Positions 33,186-39,251 of a DNA stretch of 39,251 bases are shown piece by piece; position 1 is the first letter of the stretch, and every line of letters begins with the position of its first letter. The DNA is taken from the IMG/VR virus record IMGVR_UViG_3300045988_063349, positions 1-39,251 of that record; one strand, 5' to 3'. The notes beneath the pieces were generated by a model, which was given only the letters and a program-made list of their open reading frames with translations, had not been told where the DNA came from and did not search any database. The stretch is from a virus. A program made the translations under genes and the position numbers.

Positions 33186-34063
33186 TTGATCTCCTCCTCA
33201 ATCTTGATTTTTAACTTTGCAAGCTGGATTGCGAGCTTGTACTCCTGCGCATACTCGCTGTCGCCGTATTCCTGCGCAACCGTGTCGGCAAACTCGTCAA
33301 TCGTGCCGCGGAAGCCATCCGTGACGACGCAAATTTTTGAGTCGTCACGCTTAAAAAATGTGACGCTGTCGTTGTAAAAGCCTACCGGAGAGACTGTTAA
33401 AACGTCATGAGAGTTGCTGATTTGCGCGTTGCCGTCAATCTTAGCGTCACAAGCGACATGCGCGTTGCCGGACACAGCCGCACTGCCTCGCACAAACGCG
33501 ATGCCAGCCACCGCCGCGTTGCCGGACACCCGCGCGTTGCCGGACACCGTCGCGCGGTCACTCACAATTGCATTTCCGGTCACACGCGCATTGCCGGACA
33601 CCGTCGCGTTTCCAAACACCTGCGCATTACCGCCAACCAGCGCGCGGGTGCACACCGTCGTGTTGCCGGACACCTGTGCGCCGCCGGACACCTTCGCGAT
33701 GCCGGACACCTGTGCGTTGCCGGTAATGCGTGCGGCTACGCGCACCGTTGCGTAGCCGCACACCTGCGCGTTGCCGCACACCTGCGCGTTGTCGCGCACA
33801 ATCGCCCTGCCGTACACCTTAGCGTCGTCCATGACGATTGCATTGTCACACACAGTCGCGTTGTCGCTCACAACCGCGTTTCCGAGCACCTTTGCATCTC
33901 CGGTAACCCACGCGTCGGCGGTTAAGTTGTCGTATGACTCGACAAAACCGCCCTTTTCGCCTTCCGTGACGGCGCCGAAACTTTCCGTCGCGCGGATTCT
34001 GTACAGCGTTTTGCCGTAAAAATCGACGGTTTCATCTTTCAGCAGTTCGTACTTTCTGCCCAT
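33182..34063 (-). CDS. Hexapeptide-repeat (left-handed beta-helix type) protein (293 aa)
   Basis: About 25 consecutive 6-residue repeats (GNAQVS GIAKVS GGAQVS GNTTVC ...). ATG after AAGGAG. Confidence 0.75.
   Translation of the reverse strand: MGRKYELLKDETVDFYGKTLYRIRATESFGAVTEGEKGGFVESYDNLTADAWVTGDAKVLGNAVVSDNATVCDNAIVMDDAKVYGRAIVRDNAQVCGNAQVCGYATVRVAARITGNAQVSGIAKVSGGAQVSGNTTVCTRALVGGNAQVFGNATVSGNARVTGNAIVSDRATVSGNARVSGNAAVAGIAFVRGSAAVSGNAHVACDAKIDGNAQISNSHDVLTVSPVGFYNDSVTFFKRDDSKICVVTDGFRGTIDEFADTVAQEYGDSEYAQEYKLAIQLAKLKIKIEEEIK
33410..33930. repeat. 18-bp periodic coding repeat underlying the hexapeptide repeats
   Basis: Recurrent GCGTTGCCGGACACC-like units read directly. Confidence 0.8.
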
Positions 34064-34153
34064 TTGTTTTCTCCTTTTCTGTTGATTTTTTGATTTTTAC
34101 GCACTTTTTACAGTGCGTCAGCAGCCACGTAGCTGCTTGTGTCTTAGTGTCCA

Positions 34154-34318
34154 TCACTGCTTGATGTTTGTGAGCAGCGCCTTTGCCGCGTAAGCCTTAG
34201 CAGCAGCCGCCATGCCCTCGCCGTACATCAACCAGCATCTGATATTGTCGTCGTCAAGCAGGTTGACAATCTCAAAGATCTGAGCCGCCTGCCGGATGTC
34301 GATTTTGTTATACGTCAT
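34154..34318 (-). CDS. Hypothetical small protein (54 aa), below the ORF-track cutoff
   Basis: Hand translation MTYNKIDIRQAAQIFEIVNLLDDDNIRCWLMYGEGMAAAAKAYAAKALLTNIKQ. The ATG overlaps the end of the upstream gene. Confidence 0.45.
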   Translation of the reverse strand: MTYNKIDIRQAAQIFEIVNLLDDDNIRCWLMYGEGMAAAAKAYAAKALLTNIKQ

Positions 34319-34694
34319 CGTCGTCCTCCTCCTCTCTAAAATCGTCGCTTACGGGGATGCTATACCCTGTCAGCGAGCGGATGTCGTCAAGCATCCGCAC
34401 GTCCGCCTCGGTAAACTCCGAGTAGCACAAGTGCTGCGGTACCATGCTGCCACAATACGCCGTCAGCTCTTTGTCAGAGCCGGACTGGTGCGCATTTACG
34501 CTGATCCGCGTGCCGAAGTCGCCGCACGACGTGTCAGCGATTGACACCGTCCAGTCCTCCCAGCGGACTACCGTAGTCGGCTGAGAGTAGCCGCCACCGT
34601 TCGCGGCGAGCCGCTCGTCACAGTGCGGGTTTGTCTCGACAACCCCGAGCACCTCTGCGACCATGTTTCCGTTGTCGTCAAAAATCTTACGCAT
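34308..34694 (-). CDS. Hypothetical protein with an acidic tail (128 aa)
   Basis: ORF track; C-terminus REEEDDDDV. Confidence 0.6.
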   Translation of the reverse strand: MRKIFDDNGNMVAEVLGVVETNPHCDERLAANGGGYSQPTTVVRWEDWTVSIADTSCGDFGTRISVNAHQSGSDKELTAYCGSMVPQHLCYSEFTEADVRMLDDIRSLTGYSIPVSDDFREEEDDDDV

Positions 34695-34695
34695 T

Positions 34696-35451
34696 TTATA
34701 CCTCCTCCGTTTTTGTCATCAGGTCGCGGATAAAGCGATGACCCGCCATTGTCCACAGCGTTTCGCGTCTTACGTCCGGTTTTCCGTCAAACCGGACAAT
34801 CGGGACGGTGCGAGTCGTTGTGAGCCCTTTGTCCTGATATTTGCGGTACAGATACCACTGCCCGCTCTGTCTGTACTGTACGCCCAGCTCATGCAGTCGT
34901 TTGTTGAGCGTCACCGCCGACATGCCAAGCTCTTTTGCAATGCTTGTTGTCGTGATGCCGTGCTTTGACTGCAAACTCCGTCCGTATTCGGCGTCAGGGA
35001 GCAGCTTTTTGTTAGCTGTCTCAAGCGCGTTGATGCGCTGCTCACGCTGCTCAATCTGCTTTTGTGCAACCAGCAGAGCCTTTGCCATCAGGTCGGCGTC
35101 GGACAGCTCTTCCTGACCGGTGATGTACCCGCCGGTCTTTACTACGCTCGGCACAACCTCGTCAAATACCCAGCTCTCAAACCGTTCCGCGTTTGGCAAC
35201 TTACTGTGTGCAATCAAGCGGTAAACGTCACCCTCGGAGATAAATGCCATCTCGATGTTCTTATCTGTTGCTTGCGGATGAGGTACGTCGTGTTTCGCGA
35301 CGCACCGGCAATGGCGCCTAACTGCGTCTCGCGGGTTGCTATATCCAAGTCCCTTTGCCACATCGGAACCGCAGAACCACAACTTACCGCCGTTGTCCGT
35401 AAATGTCCGGATTGCGCCGAACTCATGTTTTTCAAAAATTTTAATTTCCAT
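34696..35451 (-). CDS. Antirepressor (Bro-N domain plus KilA-C/ANT domain)
   Basis: FGAIRT...WFCGSDVAKGLGYSNPRDAV (Bro-N) and TTTSIAKELGMSAVTLNKRLHELG (ANT/KilAC). Confidence 0.8.
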   Translation of the reverse strand: MEIKIFEKHEFGAIRTFTDNGGKLWFCGSDVAKGLGYSNPRDAVRRHCRCVAKHDVPHPQATDKNIEMAFISEGDVYRLIAHSKLPNAERFESWVFDEVVPSVVKTGGYITGQEELSDADLMAKALLVAQKQIEQREQRINALETANKKLLPDAEYGRSLQSKHGITTTSIAKELGMSAVTLNKRLHELGVQYRQSGQWYLYRKYQDKGLTTTRTVPIVRFDGKPDVRRETLWTMAGHRFIRDLMTKTEEV

Positions 35452-35516
35452 TTGGTCTCCTTTCTTGTCCGTTCCCTCCCCACATGTTACAATGAACGCG
35501 AAGGGAGGTGATTTTT

Positions 35517-35912
35517 ATGGATTTGTCAGTAATTTCTATTGCTGTCAGTATTTCGGTTTCTCTTGCCGCAATCATATCTCCCGGGATTGTAACTTGGATG
35601 AATAACAGGCATCAGTTAAAAATCAAGAAGATGGAATTGTTGCAAGAACAGTTTGAAAAAAATACATTGCACGAGCGCGAAATTTGGGAAAATTATTTGA
35701 AATACACAGGTCATGTTGTTTTCAGAAATAAAACCGAATCTCGGCAAAGCTATGGCGAGTATTATTTCAAAGCACTTCTGTATGCACCGGATGATATTCG
35801 CAACGATATGACTGCAATCAATCATTTGATAGAGAATGATTCAACCAGCGCAACAAAGCGGCTCGAAGAAATGATCCCTAAGGTTAAGCAGCTGATACGA
35901 TTGCAACTGTAA
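35517..35912 (+). CDS. AT-rich moron: N-terminally membrane-anchored protein (131 aa); candidate superinfection exclusion/Abi
   Basis: ATG after GGGAGGTG. TM helix LSVISIAVSISVSLAAIISPGIV. Visibly lower G+C than its neighbours. Antisense to the early operon. Confidence 0.65.
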   Translation: MDLSVISIAVSISVSLAAIISPGIVTWMNNRHQLKIKKMELLQEQFEKNTLHEREIWENYLKYTGHVVFRNKTESRQSYGEYYFKALLYAPDDIRNDMTAINHLIENDSTSATKRLEEMIPKVKQLIRLQL

Positions 35913-36057
35913 GCACAGTTTGGATTATCTCAATCGCAAGAACGTACCATTTGTACCAGCTCATGCTCGAATCTAGCCGCCCTATGATTGTTACGCTCGC
36001 CGCCCCGACCACCCACAGGGTAATCAAAGCGGAAATTGCAAATGTTTCTAGTTTCAT
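35884..36057 (-). CDS. Two-TM hydrophobic peptide (57 aa), first gene of the early leftward operon, below the ORF-track cutoff
   Basis: Hand translation MKLETFAISALITLWVVGAASVTIIGRLDSSMSWYKWYVLAIEIIQTVLTVAIVSAA. RBS AAAGGATGG. Its 3' end overlaps the convergent gene 35517..35912 by 29 nt. Confidence 0.5.
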   Translation of the reverse strand: MKLETFAISALITLWVVGAASVTIIGRLDSSMSWYKWYVLAIEIIQTVLTVAIVSAA

Positions 36058-36119
36058 TTGACCATCCTTTCTGTTGCATTGCTAACGTAGGATTTCGTTT
36101 GCTCTTACGTTGTGATTGC

Positions 36120-36149
36120 ATTATACAACGCGCTAGCTTGCTATGTCAA
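36120..36149 (-). promoter_or_regulatory. Early leftward promoter
   Basis: Minus strand TTGACA (36149..36144), 18-nt spacer, TATAAT (36125..36120). The -10 is bracketed by the inverted repeat CGTTGT-N11-ACAACG (36108..36130). Confidence 0.7.
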
Positions 36150-36183
36150 GGCATTTTTTTAAAAAAATTCTTTATTTTTTAAC

Positions 36184-36212
36184 TTGACAACGTAGCAGCG
36201 TATTGTATATAC
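36184..36212 (+). promoter_or_regulatory. Repressor-gene promoter
   Basis: TTGACA (36184..36189), then TATATA/ATATAC at 16-17 nt. A third ACAACG motif (36187..36192) overlaps the -35. Confidence 0.55.
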
Positions 36213-36245
36213 TAATATACACAGCGAAAAAAAGGTGGTGAGAAT

Positions 36246-36647
36246 TTGAAAAATACACTTCCGGACAGAGTGCGCAGCTTGCGCAAGAGCAACAAACTGT
36301 CACAGACAGCATTTGCCGAAAGCCTTGGCGTAACCTATGGCGTGATAAACAACATCGAGCTAGGGCGCATTCAGCAGTGGGACACCAAAATCCCTCTGCT
36401 AAACCTAATGTGCGACAAATACGGATGCCGGCGCGAATGGTTAATCGACGGAGAGGGCGAGATGATGCAAGACTTATCTCGTGAGCAGGAGATTATAAGA
36501 GCGGTCAGTGAGATGTTTACCGGTGATGACAGCTTTAAGCAGGATGTTATATCAATGCTGGTAAAGCTACCGGATGAGTGCTGGGGGCTGCTTGAGGACA
36601 TGGCGAGGCGTTTGCTTGATGAGCAAAAAAAAGAGAGGCAGGGTTAA
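36246..36647 (+). CDS. XRE-family repressor (CI-like), 133 aa
   Basis: TTG start after AAAGGTGGTGA. HTH motif LSQTAFAESLGVTYGVINNIELGR. Divergent from the early promoter. Confidence 0.7.
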   Translation: MKNTLPDRVRSLRKSNKLSQTAFAESLGVTYGVINNIELGRIQQWDTKIPLLNLMCDKYGCRREWLIDGEGEMMQDLSREQEIIRAVSEMFTGDDSFKQDVISMLVKLPDECWGLLEDMARRLLDEQKKERQG

Positions 36648-36668
36648 TTCCCTGCCTCTTGGCTTTAT
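36634..36668. terminator. Bidirectional terminator after the repressor gene
   Basis: AGAGGCAGGG-TTAATT-CCCTGCCTCT with an upstream A-tract and a downstream T-rich run. Confidence 0.7.
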
Positions 36669-36778
36669 TATGGCATAATTGACAATAGATGTATAAGCTG
36701 CCTATAAGTCAATTTATTCAGATTCTCTTTGATTTTCCGCTCTATTTCTGCTCTTGTGAGCATTTCTTGTACTTTCAT
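36668..36778 (-). CDS. Possible 36-aa protein (MKVQEMLTRAEIERKIKENLNKLTYRQLIHLLSIMP)
   Basis: ATG lies 7 nt after GAAGGAAGGG. Candidate promoter TTGATA-18-TATTAT (36869..36840). Very short and unverified. Confidence 0.3.
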   Translation of the reverse strand: MKVQEMLTRAEIERKIKENLNKLTYRQLIHLLSIMP

Positions 36779-36815
36779 GCCGGTGCCCTTCCTTCTTTTT
36801 TATGCATTTTGCGAA

Positions 36816-36844
36816 TTGTCGAAAAGTGTAAGCCTTGCTATAAT
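36816..36844 (+). promoter_or_regulatory. Promoter of the HTH-integrase operon, flanked by an 8-bp inverted repeat
   Basis: TTGTCG, 17-nt spacer, TATAAT. ATTGTCGA (36815..36822) and TCGACAAT (36857..36864). Confidence 0.55.
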
Positions 36845-37036
36845 AACAATACCTTCTCGACAATATCAATAATAGCATGTTTCGCTTTTTAGTGCATATC
36901 ACTAATTTTTTGGCTATGCGTGCAAAAAATTGTACACAAAGGACAAGATGCAACGGGGCACATTTTAGTGCTCCGTTTTTATTTGCGGACGGGCAGAAAA
37001 AAATTGCCCGTTAAAATGATGTTAAGAGGCATAAAA

Positions 37037-37621
37037 ATGACAAGACAAGAGGCAACACAAAGCGCCGCGATGATGCTCGCACAGGCGCGAAATGACGCGG
37101 GGCTGTCGCAAAGGTTTGTTGCACAGGCGATCGGCGTCGGCGAGAGGACGGTAAAAAATTGGGAGGCTGGCAGCAGCGCGCCGAACGTCGTGCAAATGGT
37201 CAGCTGGTTCCGCGCGTGCGGCATCAATCCGCTCGGATATGTGCTGGAATGGCTTGACCCAGCGAACTTTGACGGGCTGACGGCAACAGACAGCATAGAG
37301 GATGTAAAAAGCGCGTTAATGGCATATATTAAGGATATAGCCACGGAAAAAGAGATAAGACAGCTGGCATTTTGCATATTTGGCAATCACGGAAGTTCGT
37401 GGCGGTCACAGCTGGACATGCTGACAGCGCACGATCATACAACCCTGCGCAGCCGCGTGACCGTGGCGCGGGCAGTGCTGGAAAATTACGAAATGGAAGA
37501 TGCGCAAGGGATGCTGGTCAATGCGGACGACATCCCGCCAGACCTCTCACACCTGCGGGACGCAGTGGAAAAGGGCAAGGATGCCGTGCAGGAGGGAAAG
37601 AAAGGATATGTCGGAATATGA
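37037..37621 (+). CDS. Second XRE-family HTH protein (194 aa), translationally coupled to the integrase
   Basis: ATG after AAGAGG. HTH motif LSQRFVAQAIGVGERTVKNWEAG. The stop overlaps the integrase ATG (ATGA). Confidence 0.7.
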   Translation: MTRQEATQSAAMMLAQARNDAGLSQRFVAQAIGVGERTVKNWEAGSSAPNVVQMVSWFRACGINPLGYVLEWLDPANFDGLTATDSIEDVKSALMAYIKDIATEKEIRQLAFCIFGNHGSSWRSQLDMLTAHDHTTLRSRVTVARAVLENYEMEDAQGMLVNADDIPPDLSHLRDAVEKGKDAVQEGKKGYVGI

Positions 37622-39114
37622 TAGCTATATATGCGAGACAATCAGTCGAGAAAGCGGAAAGTATATCAATAGAGCAACAAATAGAGATGTGCCAACGCTG
37701 TGCAGACAGCGCAGCTGTAGAGGTGTATTCTGATGCCGGATTTTCCGGCAAAAATACCGCCCGCCCTGACTTCCAACGGATGTTGCAAGATGTAGAAAAC
37801 GGCTTGATAAATAAAGTCGTTTGCTACAGATTGGACAGAATAAGCCGAAATTTGTTGGACTTTGCAAACGTCTGGGAACTGCTGCAAAAACGCAAAGTTG
37901 AGTTTGTCAGCGTGTCCGAGCAGTTTGACACGACGACGCCGATTGGCAAGGCGATGATATATATCGCAATGGTATTTGCGCAAATGGAGCGTGAGACAAT
38001 CAGCCAGCGGATCACAGATAACTATTATACCCGTACAGCACATGGCGCATGGGGAGGCGGTCAGCCGCCGTTTGGCTTTAGTCTATCGCGCAGATTGATA
38101 AACGGCAAGATGCAGGCAGCATTGGAACCGATACCGCACGACATAGACATTGCAAAATGGATGTTTGAGGAGTACGCGACTGGAATCCGCTCGCTCGGCT
38201 GGATTGCAAGCGGCGTGTACGATAAACACCCGACGCGCGACACGCGCTGGAATAATGTCTCTGTGCGCAGGATACTCAAAAACCCGATCTACGCTGCCGC
38301 CGATGCTGATTTATACGCGTTTTTCACGGCGCGCGGGATAAATATAGCCTCATCTTTGACAGCTTTTGACGGCACGCAGACGGCCGTGCAAGTCGGCAGC
38401 CGGTCAAACGATACACGCGTGCGCAGACCGGTCGAAGAGCAGCAGTTGTGCATTTTCCCCGCCGAGCCGGTTGTGTCGTCCGCGACGTGGATTGCTGTGC
38501 AAAAAAATTTGTCGGAAAACAAACAGATAAAAAACAGCGGGAAAGGTAAATACTCCTGGCTGTCCGGCAAATTAAAGTGCGCATCCTGCGGCTACGGCTG
38601 CACGGCACATTATGATAAAAAAGTAAAGCGTGTATACCTGCAATGCACAGGCAGGTACAGGCAAAGCGTCAAGGCCGCGCGGTGCGAAATGCGACACACC
38701 GAGCGGATTGAGGACATCGAGGCGGCGGTGCTGACTCAACTAAAAGAGTACATGAGCGACGCAGAGCCGGCGCAGTCCGGCGTTGACGCACGGACGGAAC
38801 AGCGCAGAAACGAGTTAAAGCTGCAGCTGATAGATGCTCAACAAAAGCAGTCAAACGTTGCCGCCGCGATCGCCGACGGCGGCGCGGAGGTAATGCGGCT
38901 CATGCTGCCGGAAATCAAGCGGCTGGACGAGCAAGTCTTAGACATCACAAACCAGCTGTCGCAACTGTCTGAGCGCACAGTGCCCGCGTGGAGCAAAGAT
39001 TGCTACTTTGACTTAGACGAGCTGACGCGCGACCAGCTGCACGATCTCGCAGCGCTGACTATAAATAATGTATATATATCACCGACCGCCCCGCCGCGCG
39101 TGGAATGGAAGTAG
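37618..39114 (+). CDS. int: Large serine recombinase (integrase), 498 aa
   Basis: MIAIYARQSVEK catalytic Ser motif, resolvase N-domain (VCYRLDRISRN), recombinase domain, Cys-rich zinc ribbon (CASCGYGC ... C), C-terminal coiled coil. Confidence 0.9.
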   Translation: MIAIYARQSVEKAESISIEQQIEMCQRCADSAAVEVYSDAGFSGKNTARPDFQRMLQDVENGLINKVVCYRLDRISRNLLDFANVWELLQKRKVEFVSVSEQFDTTTPIGKAMIYIAMVFAQMERETISQRITDNYYTRTAHGAWGGGQPPFGFSLSRRLINGKMQAALEPIPHDIDIAKWMFEEYATGIRSLGWIASGVYDKHPTRDTRWNNVSVRRILKNPIYAAADADLYAFFTARGINIASSLTAFDGTQTAVQVGSRSNDTRVRRPVEEQQLCIFPAEPVVSSATWIAVQKNLSENKQIKNSGKGKYSWLSGKLKCASCGYGCTAHYDKKVKRVYLQCTGRYRQSVKAARCEMRHTERIEDIEAAVLTQLKEYMSDAEPAQSGVDARTEQRRNELKLQLIDAQQKQSNVAAAIADGGAEVMRLMLPEIKRLDEQVLDITNQLSQLSERTVPAWSKDCYFDLDELTRDQLHDLAALTINNVYISPTAPPRVEWK

Positions 39115-39165
39115 TCTATTTTTATTTTTATGTCCAAGCTGTCTACTGTAGACATTAAAAACAAA
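39115..39165. other. Candidate attP core
   Basis: Immediately downstream of int: imperfect dyad TTTTTATGTCCAAGC-TGTCTAC-T-GTAGACA-TTAAAAA. Location is inferred only. Confidence 0.3.
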
Positions 39166-39251
39166 AAAACTTTTATAAATTTTGATTTACCTCTTGACTT
39201 TACGGCGTTATCGCCGTATAATAGAGACAACAAAAGGGAAACACCCAAAGA
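39133..39251. repeat. Terminal direct repeat copy 2 (identical to 1..119)
   Basis: Read directly. Confidence 0.95.

Larger units (their letters stand above)
1..39132. mobile_element. Complete temperate siphovirus-type phage genome (circular form, one unit length)
   Basis: Full set of phage modules is present (lysogeny, replication, packaging, head, tail, lysis). The window ends repeat the window start exactly. Confidence 0.9.

Noticed and set aside
33407-33925. 172-aa plus-strand ORF with RVAGH-type repeats
   Set aside because: It is the mirror image of the 18-bp periodic hexapeptide-repeat gene on the minus strand. The periodicity creates an open antisense frame.
35930-36121. 63-aa minus-strand ORF from the track
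   Set aside because: It would start inside or at the edge of the early promoter and has no RBS. The 57-aa ORF in another frame (35884..36057) has a good RBS and a coherent two-TM product.
36714-36953. 79-aa minus-strand ORF from the track
   Set aside because: It spans both predicted promoters of the region, has a basic low-complexity translation, and lacks an RBS. The AT-rich intergenic region generates it by chance.
37372-37617. N-terminal extension of the integrase ORF (580 aa in the track)
   Set aside because: The extension overlaps the upstream HTH gene in another frame and is Arg/Gly/Ala-rich read-through. The conserved serine-recombinase N-terminus (MIAIYARQS) begins at ATG 37618.

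Overview
The window is one complete, circularly permuted temperate phage genome. Bases 1..119 are repeated exactly at 39133..39251, so the unique circle is 39,132 bp. The tail module (major tail protein, G/GT chaperones with a -1 frameshift, 920-aa tape measure, Dit, Tal, tail spike) indicates a siphovirus-type phage. The host is probably a Gram-positive, likely spore-forming Clostridia-like bacterium, inferred from the SLH-type endolysin, XhlA/holin lysis genes, a Spo0A_C-like regulator and Gram-positive RBS and promoter signals.

Almost all genes lie on the minus strand. In transcription order they are:
- early, recombination and replication genes (36057 down to 24500): antirepressor, hexapeptide-repeat protein, ERF, NinB-like, HNH, DUF1064, SSB, replisome organizer, DnaC-like loader, DUF551, MazG-like, Spo0A_C-like
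- packaging, head and tail genes (24180 down to 6711): TerS, TerL, an inserted N6-adenine methyltransferase, portal, MuF-like, scaffold, capsid, connectors and the tail module
- lysis genes (6641 down to 5369)
- a 3.3-kb uncharacterised accessory cassette (5367 down to 2005)

Two plus-strand islands flank the predicted attP. One is the lysogeny module (two XRE repressor-like genes and a large serine integrase, 35517..39114). The other is an accessory island (137..1976).

The most unusual content:
1. A self-contained minus-strand ncRNA gene (429..673) with its own consensus promoter and intrinsic terminator. It carries two tandem hairpin units whose 36-nt cores look like type I-C/class 1 CRISPR repeats (stem-loop followed by ...GGATTGAAAT), with compensatory changes between the copies. 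It sits in an acr/aca-like island with an HTH gene and small acidic proteins, and no cas genes are present. It is a candidate RNA repeat decoy (anti-CRISPR).
2. A post-lysis cassette encoding a papain-fold Cys-His-Asp enzyme, three Gln/Asn-rich proteins, a C1q/BclA-like protein and a sigma region-4-like regulator.
3. A 560-bp ORF-free, strongly pyrimidine-skewed repeat region (30029..30592).
4. Several short genes below the 60-aa ORF-track cutoff: a Com-like zinc ribbon, a two-TM peptide and others.

All functional calls rest on motif recognition by eye and on synteny. No database search was run.
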